A stretch of 63,923 bases of DNA, the filler included, from an uncultured bacterium (GTDB lineage: Bacteria > Hinthialibacterota > Hinthialibacteria > Hinthialibacterales > Hinthialibacteraceae): the NCBI GenBank assembly GCA_964449065.1. It is 3 parts of 3 records of this genome, joined end to end, with 100 filler letters (N's around TTAATTAATTAA, not from the genome) between each part and the next. Parts side by side here need not be neighbours in the genome. Positions count along the whole stretch, not along the records: positions 1 to 25,370 come from CAYVAZ010000024.1; 2 more parts are not named here. One strand, given 5' to 3'. Under the pieces are notes generated by a model, which had not been told where the DNA came from, made no database searches, and worked only from the letters and a program-made list of their open reading frames with translations. Position numbers and translations under genes: made by a program. This document shows positions 7,604 to 18,052 of the stretch, piece by piece; position 1 is the stretch's first letter; every line of letters starts with the position of its first letter.

Positions 7604-7773
7604 TATTCTCCCCGGAAGGTAATGATGTTATATTTCAGCATTTTTATCGATAGAATGCAACGGCTGGAAGAATCCTTTTTGGATAGGCTTATCAGCAGTG
7701 AAATAATGAAATAGAATTGATCGTATTATCAAGCAACCAAAGCGGTGTTGAATTGCAATGACGGTAAAATATT

Positions 7774-9207
7774 ATGATGAAACTTCTAAGCAATCTTGGT
7801 TTGGTGTCCATCCTTCTTTCGTTCTGTGTGCTGCGCTCTACTGCGCAAGAAACCTCTGGTAACCCTGTTAAAGACAAAGAGCAGGTTGTCTATGTGCTGC
7901 CCTTTGTTGGCGAAGTGGAATTGGGGTTGGTGCAGGTTTTTCGGCGGGGATTTGAAGCGGCCAAACAGGCCGAAGCGGATCATATCATTATTGAAACCAA
8001 CACTCCCGGCGGGCGTGTGGACGCGGCGCTGGAAATTATCGATTTAATTATGGATACCAAGATCCCGGTTTATATCTACGTCACGGGGGATGCGACCTCT
8101 GCCGGGGCGATTATCAGCATTGCGGCAGACGGAATCTATATGCAGCCGAGCACAACTATCGGGACGGCGGCGCCGGTATTGATGGGGGGCGGCGGCGGGA
8201 ATGAAACCGTCAATGAGAAAGTGCTGTCATACCTATTGGCGAAGGTTCGCAGTTTGTGTGAAGAAAAGGGATATTCGGAAGAAAAAACCGAGATCTTTTT
8301 GGCGATGATCGACTCTAGTAAGAAAATTCCCGACCCGGATGACCCCGAAGAGTTTATTACGACTGAAGGCAGCCTGTTGACGCTGACCAACAACGAAGCC
8401 CTGCAATACGGTATTGCCGATGGAATTCATGAAACCCGGGAGGATTTACTGAAAACGCTTCAACTGGAACATGCGAGAATCGTTACGGTGAGCGAATCCG
8501 ATTTTGAGCGGATCGCGCGCTTTTTTTCCAGCATATCGATCTCGGGATTGTTGATCACCATTGCGGTGATCGGGTTGTATCTTGAATTTCAAACCCCCGG
8601 CTTCGGAATTCCTGGGTTGGTTGGCGTGATTGCGCTGGCATTGTTCTTCTGGGGGCATCTACTGGGGGGGTTAACGGGGTATGAAGGTGTGCTGTTGTTC
8701 GGAATCGGCGTAATCTTGGTGGGCTTGGAATTGTTTATTATCCCCGGTTTTGGATTCACCGGCTTTTTAGGCGTGATTTGCATGTTGACATCAATAGTAA
8801 TCACACTTTTAGACCGTCCAATCACCAGCCCCCATTTTTGGGAAACCTTTGATTGGGCTACCTTTTATCAAGCAACGTTTGTGACGCTGGTTTCAACCCT
8901 TGCAGGGATACTGATGGTGCTGTCGCTGCCCTTTTTCTTGCCGGCGGCATTTCAAACGTCTGCCGGCTCTTGGTTGATGTTGAAGGATACCCAGGACCGA
9001 AAGAAGGGATATCATTCCTCGCAGGACGGTTTAGAAGCGATGCTGGGCAAAGAAGGCGTGACCAAATCAACCCTTCGTCCCGCCGGGATTGCAACGATTG
9101 ACGGGGTTCGGATGGATGTGGTCAGCCAAGGCGGTTTTATTCCAAAAAATACGAATATAAAGGTTGTGAAAGTGGAAGGCCGGCGGGTTGTTGTAAAGCA
9201 AGTATAG
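7774..9207 (+). CDS. Long-form NfeD (ClpP-class protease domain, TM region, OB fold)
   Basis: Signal peptide, NTPGGRVD, ATSAGAII, IGTAAPV, EFQTPGFGIPG, TLRPAG...VKVEGRRVVV. Confidence 0.88.
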   Translation: MMKLLSNLGLVSILLSFCVLRSTAQETSGNPVKDKEQVVYVLPFVGEVELGLVQVFRRGFEAAKQAEADHIIIETNTPGGRVDAALEIIDLIMDTKIPVYIYVTGDATSAGAIISIAADGIYMQPSTTIGTAAPVLMGGGGGNETVNEKVLSYLLAKVRSLCEEKGYSEEKTEIFLAMIDSSKKIPDPDDPEEFITTEGSLLTLTNNEALQYGIADGIHETREDLLKTLQLEHARIVTVSESDFERIARFFSSISISGLLITIAVIGLYLEFQTPGFGIPGLVGVIALALFFWGHLLGGLTGYEGVLLFGIGVILVGLELFIIPGFGFTGFLGVICMLTSIVITLLDRPITSPHFWETFDWATFYQATFVTLVSTLAGILMVLSLPFFLPAAFQTSAGSWLMLKDTQDRKKGYHSSQDGLEAMLGKEGVTKSTLRPAGIATIDGVRMDVVSQGGFIPKNTNIKVVKVEGRRVVVKQV

Positions 9208-9243
9208 CGGCATCGAAATCAGAGCAGGAGGCGAAGCAGCATT

Positions 9244-9720
9244 ATGTGGTTGACCATTATCACGCTTTTGTTGGTCGGGCTAATCTTTATGTGTTTTGAA
9301 CTATTTGTGCCCGGCGGTATTTTAGGGATCATCGGCGTATTTCTGATGGGGTATGGCGTATGGCTGTCGTTTGAACATTACGGATCGGTGCAGGGCTTCG
9401 GCGTATTGATATTTTGCGGCGTGGCTGTGCTGGCCATCATAATTTTTGGGATCAAAGTCCTTCCGCACACATCGTTCGGAAAGCAATTAATATTGGCGGA
9501 CAGTCAGTTAAAAACTTCGGGCTATAATTCGGAATCGTTTGATGAAGCGGCTTTGGTCGGTCAGGAAGGTATAGCGGAGAGCGACTTACGTCCGGCGGGA
9601 ATCGCGAATTTCGGGGATCAACGGCTGGATGTTGTGACAGAAGGCGAATTTGTGGAGGCGCAGCAGCGTGTCAAAATTGTACGGGTTAACGGCAACCGAG
9701 TTGTTGTTGAAACGGTCTAA
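9244..9720 (+). CDS. Short-form NfeD family protein
   Basis: ELFVPGGILG, DLRPAG, DVVTEGEFV, VNGNRVVV. Confidence 0.85.
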   Translation: MWLTIITLLLVGLIFMCFELFVPGGILGIIGVFLMGYGVWLSFEHYGSVQGFGVLIFCGVAVLAIIIFGIKVLPHTSFGKQLILADSQLKTSGYNSESFDEAALVGQEGIAESDLRPAGIANFGDQRLDVVTEGEFVEAQQRVKIVRVNGNRVVVETV

Positions 9721-9742
9721 AATTATCCGCGCAGAGAATCTT

Positions 9743-10462
9743 ATGAAACCGGTTTTATTTCTTCAAAACATTACCCTGGAACCTCCGGGACTTGCGGCAT
9801 CTTTTTTAAAAAAACGGAACATACCATATGAAATCATTGACTTATATATCAATGAGGCCATCCAACATCCTCCCGGTTATTATGGTGCGGTTGTCATTCT
9901 TGGCGGGCCCATGAATGTGGATGATGAAGACAAATATCCTTATTTGCGGGAAGAAAAAGACTTTATTCGCCAATGTTATAAACAGCGTGTCCCAACATTG
10001 GGATTGTGTTTGGGAAGCCAGTTGATGGCCGCCGTTGCGGGAGCGCCGGTACGGAAAAACGAAGTGCCGGAAATCGGATGGATGGAAGTTGAACTAAATG
10101 AAAACGGCCGGGAATGCGTATTGTTTGAAGGGATCGATTCTCCGGTGCCGGTGTTTCAATGGCATGGCGATACGTTCGCGCTTCCAGATGGTGCGACGCA
10201 CTTGGCCTCCTCAAGCAATTGCCGAAACCAGGCTTTTATGATTCATGAGAATTCATTCGGCTTGCAGTTTCACATTGAGGTGAATGAAGAAGACGCGAAA
10301 GAGTGGGCGCTGGCTTATTGGGATGACGTAAGTGATAAGATGAAACCGGAAGTACAAGAATTGATAGATCATCCCAATCAAGCAAAAGCCCAAATAGTCG
10401 CCGCTGTCTCTGAACGGTTGTTTTTTAACTTTTTTTGTAAAGTGGGTAAATACAATGTTTAG
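9743..10462 (+). CDS. Type 1 glutamine amidotransferase
   Basis: LGGPMNV, LGLCLGSQ, FQWHGDTF, GLQFHIE (Cys-His-Glu triad). Confidence 0.9.
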   Translation: MKPVLFLQNITLEPPGLAASFLKKRNIPYEIIDLYINEAIQHPPGYYGAVVILGGPMNVDDEDKYPYLREEKDFIRQCYKQRVPTLGLCLGSQLMAAVAGAPVRKNEVPEIGWMEVELNENGRECVLFEGIDSPVPVFQWHGDTFALPDGATHLASSSNCRNQAFMIHENSFGLQFHIEVNEEDAKEWALAYWDDVSDKMKPEVQELIDHPNQAKAQIVAAVSERLFFNFFCKVGKYNV

Positions 10463-10560
10463 AAAAAAAATAATGATACGTTTTAAGTAAAATTTACGTT
10501 GAATCGTATAGTACTGTATTTAGTGATACGATATTCTTGCACCGGATATATTGACTGGGT

Positions 10561-10747
10561 GCAACAGGTCAGCGGCGTGAAGTAAAAAATCAAAAAGAGG
10601 TTCCTTCTTCTCCCCCCAATGCAATGGGGGAGGTTAGGAGGGGGGTAAAAAGGGGTAAGACACTCTCTTACGAAACCGGATCAACCCTCCCCTAACCCCT
10701 CCCAGGCCTGGGAGGGGGAATCTCTCTTCAAACGGCTGACCAATTAC
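10561..10747 (-). mobile_element. MITE family A, diverged inverted copy
   Basis: GCAACAGGTCAG...CTGACCAATTAC; flanks gactggg/gaccggg resemble a TSD. Confidence 0.7.
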
Positions 10748-10870
10748 GACCGGGCAATAAGAAACCGGTGATAAGAATCTCAGTCAAAATGGACACTTTT
10801 TTTTAAAAAACTTGTAACGCTTGGGTGGAATGGAAACACTACGTAATTAAGAAAATAGTAGGAAAAGATT

Positions 10871-12406
10871 ATGAAAACGATTTGTACATGGGTAATGATA
10901 TTGATCACGGCTAGTGTAATGCTGAGCGGCTGCGGAGGCGGTGGAGACGAACGATCCAACCGTCGCAATTTTACCCGTCCCAATGCCGGGGGCGGCGGAT
11001 TTGAAAAGCCGGATCGGCCGCGGTTTAAGATCCCCGTAACGGTCACCCGTTTGGAGCGGGAACGCATGTATGCCTATACCCAAGAGGTGGGCAGCATTGT
11101 GCCGATTAAGCAAGTGGAGATCAAACCGGAGTACAACGGCCGGATTTATTACACCCAAAAGTGGATGGAAGGCGATGAAGTTAAAGCCGGACAAGTGTTT
11201 GCCCGGATTGACGACCGCGATTTACGAATTGATTTGCGTGACGCGGAACTCAATTTGGAAAAAGCCAAGGCGGCGGTTCATCCCGCATCCGCGCAATTGG
11301 CGCAGGCCATAAAGGATGAAGAGTTTTCCGAACGGATGTTTAAGCGGGATGCGATTTCAAAACAAGAGTGGGACAACTCAATCTTAGCTAGAATTCAACA
11401 AGAAAACCAGTATGAAGAAGCATTGAAAAATATAGAATCCGCCCGGATGCAGATGGAAAAAATTCAGCAGGAATTGGAAAAGATCGAGATTGTGGTTCCA
11501 TTTGACGGCGTATTGCTGCCGGCGGAAGAAAGCGTGAGTGCGGGACAAAGTTCCGACTCCAGCGCGATTGATTTGACATTAAATCACGGGCAAACAGTGA
11601 CCAGCGGGCAACTCTTGTGCCGGTTGGCGGATATAGAACAAGTCTATGCCGCGTTGGATGTTCCGGCGAAAGATTTGCTGGAAGTGGAAATCGGGCAAAA
11701 GGTGGAACTGGATATCTATTCACGCGTAGGGACGAATTTTGAAGGGGTTGTGCATGATATTTCAACCGGGATGAACCGAAGCACGCGTACACATACTGTA
11801 AACGTGTTGATCGCAAACGAAGGACACGAATTGCGGCCGGGAATGTTTGTCATCGCGAACATCATAACAGAAGAAAAACCCGCGGCCATCAAGATTCCAC
11901 GGGAAATCATTCAGGTCCGTAACAACCAAGAAATTGTGTTTGTGGTAAAAGAGAAAGAAGTGGAAGAGCCCTCCCGCAAACGGCTGGACCAAGACCAAAC
12001 GGAAGACGGGGTGGAACCAGCGGCCCGGCCGCGTGAAGTGGCTTCGAATGAACGAAGCGCTTATGCCGCGGAAGGCGAAACCCAGCAAAATCCAAACAAC
12101 CGCGGCGAAGATAATACGGAAGAAGAATCGGGACGCGAAGGCCTTAGCGGTCCTCCTGACCAAATGCAAGATGAAATGGATGACGAAGCATTCGAAGAAG
12201 AACCGGAAGAAGAACCGGAAATGATTGCGGAAAAACGGGTCATTACCCGCGGGATTGAAAACCGTGAATTTGTGGAAGTGGTTGACGGCCTGCGCGAAGG
12301 TGAACTGCTGGTGGTCATCGGATTTGAAACCCTGACGGACGGTGTGGATGTGAGCGTGAATTACGACACCGATGAATCCATGGATATCTCATCCGCAAGC
12401 AACTAA
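10871..12406 (+). CDS. RND periplasmic adaptor (MFP) lipoprotein with acidic insertion
   Basis: LSGC lipobox, EGDEVKAGQ lipoyl-like motif, coiled coil, PFDG, LRPGMF, GLREGE. Confidence 0.88.
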   Translation: MKTICTWVMILITASVMLSGCGGGGDERSNRRNFTRPNAGGGGFEKPDRPRFKIPVTVTRLERERMYAYTQEVGSIVPIKQVEIKPEYNGRIYYTQKWMEGDEVKAGQVFARIDDRDLRIDLRDAELNLEKAKAAVHPASAQLAQAIKDEEFSERMFKRDAISKQEWDNSILARIQQENQYEEALKNIESARMQMEKIQQELEKIEIVVPFDGVLLPAEESVSAGQSSDSSAIDLTLNHGQTVTSGQLLCRLADIEQVYAALDVPAKDLLEVEIGQKVELDIYSRVGTNFEGVVHDISTGMNRSTRTHTVNVLIANEGHELRPGMFVIANIITEEKPAAIKIPREIIQVRNNQEIVFVVKEKEVEEPSRKRLDQDQTEDGVEPAARPREVASNERSAYAAEGETQQNPNNRGEDNTEEESGREGLSGPPDQMQDEMDDEAFEEEPEEEPEMIAEKRVITRGIENREFVEVVDGLREGELLVVIGFETLTDGVDVSVNYDTDESMDISSASN

Positions 12407-12475
12407 TCCTTACCGAAGTTCAGCCGAAAAACAGCCTTTTTTGACTGAAAACACATACACAAAAAGACCGAAATT

Positions 12476-13351
12476 ATGGACGTCATTTGCCGTCAGTTGC
12501 GTAAAGTGTATCCCGACGGAACGGAAGCCTTGTCCAACGTTGATTTGGAGATCCGCGCCGGTTTATTGGGATTGCTAGGCCCAAACGGGGCCGGAAAAAC
12601 CACCCTTATGGAAATCCTAACACTGCTTATGGAGCCCACCAGCGGTACCGTTACCATTGGCGGATATGACATTCAAAAACAGGTGCGGCGCATTCGTCCT
12701 TATATCGGATACTTGCCGCAGTTTTTCGGCTACTTTCCGGAATTGACCGCGAAAGAATTTTTATCCTATCTGGGCTCGCTGCGGGGACTGTCGGGAAGGG
12801 AAATTTCACGGCAGGTGAAAGATATCTTGTTTGCCGTGCGCTTGCAGGAAGTGGCAAACCGGAAGTTGAAAACGTATTCGGGCGGAATGCTGCGGCGAGT
12901 CGGCATCGCGCAGGCGCTGCTGGGGGATCCGAAACTGATTGTGGTGGATGAACCGACAGCCGGTCTCGATCCGGAAGAACGGGTGAACTTTCGCAATCTG
13001 CTGTTTGAACTATCGGAAGGAAGAACGGTGATTCTCTCAACCCATATCGTCAAGGATATTGAAGATACCTGTACAAACATGGCCTTAATGTTGAACGGGC
13101 AAATTCATTTCCACGGCAACACAAGTCAGTTTATTCGCTCCGCGCATGAAGATACATGGGAGTTTTGGGGAGACCCGCAGGATATTGAGCGCTATTCAGG
13201 CGGATCGAATTTGGTTTCAATCCGGGAAGATGATCAGGGTGTTTGCTTTCGGATTGTTGCGGATGCCCCGCCGGTTGAGAACGCGCGCCGGGTAGATCCG
13301 AATTTAGAAGACGCGTACGTCCGCTTTCTAGATCGGCAGAAAGCGGCATAA
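12476..13351 (+). CDS. ABC transporter ATP-binding protein
   Basis: GPNGAGKT, YSGGM, VVDEPT, STH, PNLEDAY. Confidence 0.93.
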   Translation: MDVICRQLRKVYPDGTEALSNVDLEIRAGLLGLLGPNGAGKTTLMEILTLLMEPTSGTVTIGGYDIQKQVRRIRPYIGYLPQFFGYFPELTAKEFLSYLGSLRGLSGREISRQVKDILFAVRLQEVANRKLKTYSGGMLRRVGIAQALLGDPKLIVVDEPTAGLDPEERVNFRNLLFELSEGRTVILSTHIVKDIEDTCTNMALMLNGQIHFHGNTSQFIRSAHEDTWEFWGDPQDIERYSGGSNLVSIREDDQGVCFRIVADAPPVENARRVDPNLEDAYVRFLDRQKAA

Positions 13352-13364
13352 CGGAAAAAAAAAC

Positions 13365-13459
13365 TAGAGCGTTTCAGAGTTGAATAGCCGGGTAGCATCG
13401 GCTTCCAGCCGGTACATGGTTGTACACGTTGTACCTCTACGTAAACCTGAATTGCTCTA
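13365..13459. mobile_element. MITE family B (TAGAGC...GCTCTA) carrying a GGCTTCCAGCC REP hairpin
   Basis: TIR TAGAGCGTTTCAG / CTGAATTGCTCTA; partial copies at 31425-31492 (inverted) and 47290-47340. Confidence 0.7.
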
Positions 13460-13494
13460 ATAGTTTGACAGAGTCTTAATGTCGGGTTGTATTG

Positions 13495-13518
13495 GGAGGG
13501 CGAGGCTCCCGCCGAGCC
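13495..13518 (+). repeat. REP-like GGAGGGCGAGGCTCCCGCCGAGCC
   Basis: Near-identical copies at 47523-47546 and 47685-47708. Confidence 0.75.
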
Positions 13519-13561
13519 ACAAGGTTTTCACCTTACCCGACACTTTTTGCCTGTCAGTGTA

Positions 13562-13671
13562 CTAGTAGTTTGTCAATCAAAAAAAACGGCTGGCTATCCG
13601 TTGTTTCCCCCCTTGTTAAGGGGGGCTAGGGGGGATCGACACCCTTCATCCAATCGTTGACTCAGAACTAG
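13562..13671. mobile_element. MITE family C (CTAG-bounded, CCCCCTTGTTAAGGGGG hairpin)
   Basis: CTAGTAGTTTGTCAA...TTGACTCAGAACTAG; copies at 25271-25370, 47374-47478 and inverted 52690-52794. Confidence 0.75.
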
Positions 13672-13689
13672 AGGATATAAAAGAGTACT

Positions 13690-14589
13690 ATGACACCATC
13701 GCAATCCATAAAACAACGCCCACCCTTTTTTAAGAGGATGACACGGGGAACCGGATCGTTTTTTGCCGGTATACCGGGGGCGCTTTTTGGATTACTGCTG
13801 CTATTGCGGTTGGCGTGGAGTAAGAGTTGTTTAGAAGTCTCGTATTGGTTTCAACTGTTTTTGTATACCTCGCGGAATTTTTTACGGCTGGAAGCAGTGC
13901 TTTCGGTGGCAGGCGCGGTTTTGTTTTTTGGCTATATCATCAACAATGATCTCGCCAAAAACGGCGAACTGCTGATTTATTATTCCTACATTTACTTTTC
14001 CATTGTGATGGTGTTGCTATCGATGAACGTGCTGCCGCGGGAAAAATCGGGCGGCACATTGGAGATATTGTGGAGCCAGCCGTTAAGCCGCAGCGCCATG
14101 ATTGTGGTGCAATTAGTCACTCTTTCGATTTGGATGCTGGCGCTGAATTTGATTTGGTTAATCTTTATTGAGTCTTTTACGGCGTACCCGGAAGGCAAAT
14201 GGATTTTATTGCTTTTGGTGTGGACGACCACGGTTGCCGTGGGCGCGATGACATTGTTTGTTTCAACTTTTTGCCGCCATGCAATCGCGACGGGATTGGT
14301 GAGTCTATTGATATTGGGTCTGCATTTTTATTGGCTGCAAACTTTAGGGCCGGTTCAGTTTTATTTTATTCCCGATAACTTGCCGCAACTCATTACCGGG
14401 CCGGAGACCGCGCAGCAAGGTTTTGGCGGGAGATTCGGCGGCCGGGGTGGATTCGGCGGCAACAACAATTCTCTATTTTCCATTTGGTGGGATGTCATCT
14501 TTAACCGCGTTACCTTGATTGTGACGGTTGGATTTATTTTAGACTTTTTGTTCCGGCGGCTGCGGCGTACGGCGCAGTGGTTTACGTAA
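13690..14589 (+). CDS. ABC-2-type transporter permease
   Basis: About 6 TM segments, REKSGGTLEILWSQP motif; Gly/Arg/Phe-rich loop. Confidence 0.75.
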   Translation: MTPSQSIKQRPPFFKRMTRGTGSFFAGIPGALFGLLLLLRLAWSKSCLEVSYWFQLFLYTSRNFLRLEAVLSVAGAVLFFGYIINNDLAKNGELLIYYSYIYFSIVMVLLSMNVLPREKSGGTLEILWSQPLSRSAMIVVQLVTLSIWMLALNLIWLIFIESFTAYPEGKWILLLLVWTTTVAVGAMTLFVSTFCRHAIATGLVSLLILGLHFYWLQTLGPVQFYFIPDNLPQLITGPETAQQGFGGRFGGRGGFGGNNNSLFSIWWDVIFNRVTLIVTVGFILDFLFRRLRRTAQWFT

Positions 14590-14711
14590 GGTGGTCAGTG
14601 TTATTTAAGAGTTGATAGATAATCGTTCCCCCTCTATGTAAAAGGGGGCAACAATGGCTTGGTTGAGTGGGGATATCCTTTTAGAAACTGAAAAAAAAAA
14701 GAAGGCTTATT

Positions 14712-17700
14712 GTGAAAGACGAACATACTTCTACACAAAATGAAACGGCACCAAACGAACCGGCACCAAACGATCCGGCGGGGAATGAAGTAACCCCAAG
14801 TGGTCAACGGGGTATGGGTGCGGCGGCGTTTGCCGTGCGGTTTCCGGTAACGATCTCGATGCTGTTTATCGGGATCGTGATGCTGGGCTGGATATCGCTG
14901 AGCAAGTTGCCGACGAACTTGTTCCCGGATTTGCGCGCCCCGCGGATTACGGTGCAGGCCGACGCCCCTGGGCTTGCCCCGCAAGAGATTGAACGGGTGG
15001 TGATTGAAGATTTGGAAGGCCGCGTCGGCACCATTCGCGGGGTGGAAAATGTATCCAGCGTATCACGGTCGGATTCCGGCGCGGTGATTGTTGATTTTGT
15101 CTGGGGCACCGACATGGACTTTGCCATGTTGGAAGTCAAGAAGAACGTGCAAGGCGTCAATATTCCCGAAATCGAAGAAATTAATGAACTGCGGTATGAC
15201 CCGAACGCGCTGCCCATTGTAACGCTGGGCCTAACCGGCGACCGCAGTTTGGAAGATTTGTATTATTTGGCGGACCGGACGGTCGGCCCCGCGCTGGAAC
15301 GGATTGAAGGGGTGGCGCGCGCGCAGATTACCGGCGGGTTGATTCCGGAAGTGCATTGTATCCTCAAGCCGGAGTACCTGCATTTTTATGGATTGACGGT
15401 GAACCAAGTGGCCAATGCGCTGGATCAAGCCAATGTCAGCGCGACCGGCGGAACGTTGAGTGAAGGCAACCAACAGTACGTCATCCGTTCTATCGGTGAA
15501 ATCAAAAAGCCGGAAGAACTGCCGCGCTTGGTTGTGGGGTATTCGGAAAACGCGCCGATTTATTTGGAAGACGTCGGCGAAGTGGTTGTCAGCCATGAAG
15601 AACCGACCAACATCGTCCGGATGAGCCAAAAGGCCGGCGTGGGCATTTCGCTGTACAAAGAGGCGGGATCCAACACCGTTGAAGTGGTAAAGAAAGTCCG
15701 TGAATTTTTGAATATGGAAGATAAAACCCCATCCTTTTTTGAAAAATATCTTGGCTGGACCGGACAGGAATCCGGCGAACGCGGCGGGTTTGGTGGAAGA
15801 GGCGGCCGCGGCGGGTTCGGCGGCGGCCAAGAACGCTTTGATCTGATTCCAGAAGACACACAGATTTCGATTGCGTATGACCAATCGATGTTTATCAACC
15901 GCTCCATCAGCGAAGTAAAAAATACCGCGATTCAAGGGATCATGCTGGCGGCCATTATTTTGCTGGTGTTTTTGCGCAATATCCGCACGACAATCATCGT
16001 CGCGCTGGCGATTCCGGTCTCGATCCTGGCAACATTTAACTTGATGTACTTTATGGATTTGTCGCTCAACATTATGACGCTGGGCGGCTTGGCGCTGGGC
16101 GCCGGCATGTTGGTCGACAACGCGATTGTTGTGATCGAAAACATTTTCCGCCGCAAGCAGATGGGAGATAATCCGAACGATGCCGCGATGAATGGCGCGG
16201 GTGAAGTCGGTTCCGCGATTGCGGCTTCAACGCTGACAACGGTGGTGGTGTTTGTTCCCATTGCCTACATGGGCGGTGTGACGGCGATGCTGTTTAAGGA
16301 ACAGGCGCTGACGGTTGTGTTCTCGCTGTTAACCTCGTTGATCGTGGCGTTGATGATGATTCCCGCGCTGTGCTCGAAGTATTTGAAAGGGCAGGGAATG
16401 AAGACAGTGGATGAAACGCAAAAAGAAGGGATGTATTCGCGTTTCTTACGCTGGACACTGCATCACCGCTTTGTGACGATTGCTATCGTGTTTTTGATTA
16501 CCGCCGCTTCGGTGCCGACGTTTCTCTCAATCAAACAGGAATTTATTCCGCAGGCGGCGGAATCGCAGTTTATCGTAAAGGTGCGCATGCCGCCGGGGAC
16601 AAAATTGGAAACCACCGAAATGGCAGCCCAGGCCATTGAAGGATGGCTGATGCAGGATTTGGGCGCCGATGTGGGCTCTGTTTTTACACGGGTGGGGCCA
16701 AAGCCGGATGACACCGGAGCGATTGAGGAAGACCCGGAAGGGCCCCACACGGCCGAAATCATGGTGAGTATGAAAGAAGGGGCGGCGCTTTCCGTACCGT
16801 CTGTGATTGAGTATTTGGAACCGCGGGCGAAACAAATCCATGGAATGGAAATGAACTATTTGATGTCGCAAACATCGCTATCGACGTTAATCGGTGGAGA
16901 AAAGGCGGCACTGGTGGTTGAAATCAAAGGCCGCAGTTTAGAAACGCTGGGCGAAATCGCGCGGTCGGTCAAAGCGCAGATGGATGGTATACCGACAGTG
17001 GCGAACGTGCGCACCACGATTTTGGAAGGCAACCCCGAAGTGCATTTGATTCCAGACCGGACATTGTTGGCGGAAGCGAATTTGGACCAGCAGCAATTGA
17101 TTGAACTGGTGCAGGCGCAGCTGCGCGGGCAGGTCGCGACCAATTTGCAGGATGAAGATCAAACCAAGGCGATCCGGGTGCAGTTTTCCGAAGACAAAAT
17201 GAATTTGCCGGAACTGCTGGAGACGATTATTCCGATCGGGCAGGAACGGGTTGTCAGTTTAAAGGATTTGGTGGAAGTAAAAGTTGAACCGGGACCACGC
17301 GAGATCCTGCACCGCAACCAAGAGCGGGTTGCCAGAGTGTTGGCCGATGTATCGGAAGGCAGCAAATTGAGCGATGCCGTTGCGGCGGTGCAATCGCAAA
17401 TCGGCGGCATGCAGGTACCGAACGGTTACAGCCTGCGCTTTGGCGGTGAAGAAGAGCGCAGGCGGGAGTCATTCGAGCGGATGAGTTTCGCGCTGATCTT
17501 GGCGCTCATTTTGGTGTATATGGTGATGGCCTCGTTGTTTGAATCGCTCTTGCACCCGTTTGTGATTATGTTCTCGCTGCCCTTGGCGGCGCTGGGTGTG
17601 ATTTGGGCGTTTGCGTTAACAGGGCAAACCCTCAATTTGATGGGATACATCGGAATTATCATGTTGGCGGGAATTGTTGTGAACAATGCCATTGTTTTGA

Positions 17701-18035
17701 TCGACTATATTAATTACCTGAGACGGGATGGCGGCCTGCCGATTTTGGAAGCGATAATCCAGGCGGGCAGACGGCGCCTGCGTCCGATTATGATGACCAC
17801 CTTGACGACCGTGCTGGCGCTTTTGCCGCTGGCATTGGGCATTGGAGAAGGTGCCGAAATTCGCGCCCCCATGGCGGTGGCGGTTATCGGCGGATTGTTG
17901 TCATCGACCATATTGACGCTGGTGATCATCCCGATTTTATATAGCATCCTTGAAGATGTACGGTTGTTCTTTCTTTGGATTTTTTCCCGGATCGGTATGG
18001 TCAGGCAGCCGGCTCTGCAAGAACAAGAATCGTAA
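14712..18035 (+). CDS. RND efflux permease (AcrB/SwrC-like)
   Basis: LVDNAIVVIENI, ASTLTT, GIVVNNAIVLID, RLRPIMMT, GGLLSST. Confidence 0.93.
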   Translation: MKDEHTSTQNETAPNEPAPNDPAGNEVTPSGQRGMGAAAFAVRFPVTISMLFIGIVMLGWISLSKLPTNLFPDLRAPRITVQADAPGLAPQEIERVVIEDLEGRVGTIRGVENVSSVSRSDSGAVIVDFVWGTDMDFAMLEVKKNVQGVNIPEIEEINELRYDPNALPIVTLGLTGDRSLEDLYYLADRTVGPALERIEGVARAQITGGLIPEVHCILKPEYLHFYGLTVNQVANALDQANVSATGGTLSEGNQQYVIRSIGEIKKPEELPRLVVGYSENAPIYLEDVGEVVVSHEEPTNIVRMSQKAGVGISLYKEAGSNTVEVVKKVREFLNMEDKTPSFFEKYLGWTGQESGERGGFGGRGGRGGFGGGQERFDLIPEDTQISIAYDQSMFINRSISEVKNTAIQGIMLAAIILLVFLRNIRTTIIVALAIPVSILATFNLMYFMDLSLNIMTLGGLALGAGMLVDNAIVVIENIFRRKQMGDNPNDAAMNGAGEVGSAIAASTLTTVVVFVPIAYMGGVTAMLFKEQALTVVFSLLTSLIVALMMIPALCSKYLKGQGMKTVDETQKEGMYSRFLRWTLHHRFVTIAIVFLITAASVPTFLSIKQEFIPQAAESQFIVKVRMPPGTKLETTEMAAQAIEGWLMQDLGADVGSVFTRVGPKPDDTGAIEEDPEGPHTAEIMVSMKEGAALSVPSVIEYLEPRAKQIHGMEMNYLMSQTSLSTLIGGEKAALVVEIKGRSLETLGEIARSVKAQMDGIPTVANVRTTILEGNPEVHLIPDRTLLAEANLDQQQLIELVQAQLRGQVATNLQDEDQTKAIRVQFSEDKMNLPELLETIIPIGQERVVSLKDLVEVKVEPGPREILHRNQERVARVLADVSEGSKLSDAVAAVQSQIGGMQVPNGYSLRFGGEEERRRESFERMSFALILALILVYMVMASLFESLLHPFVIMFSLPLAALGVIWAFALTGQTLNLMGYIGIIMLAGIVVNNAIVLIDYINYLRRDGGLPILEAIIQAGRRRLRPIMMTTLTTVLALLPLALGIGEGAEIRAPMAVAVIGGLLSSTILTLVIIPILYSILEDVRLFFLWIFSRIGMVRQPALQEQES

Positions 18036-18052
18036 GACGAACAGGAACGCGA

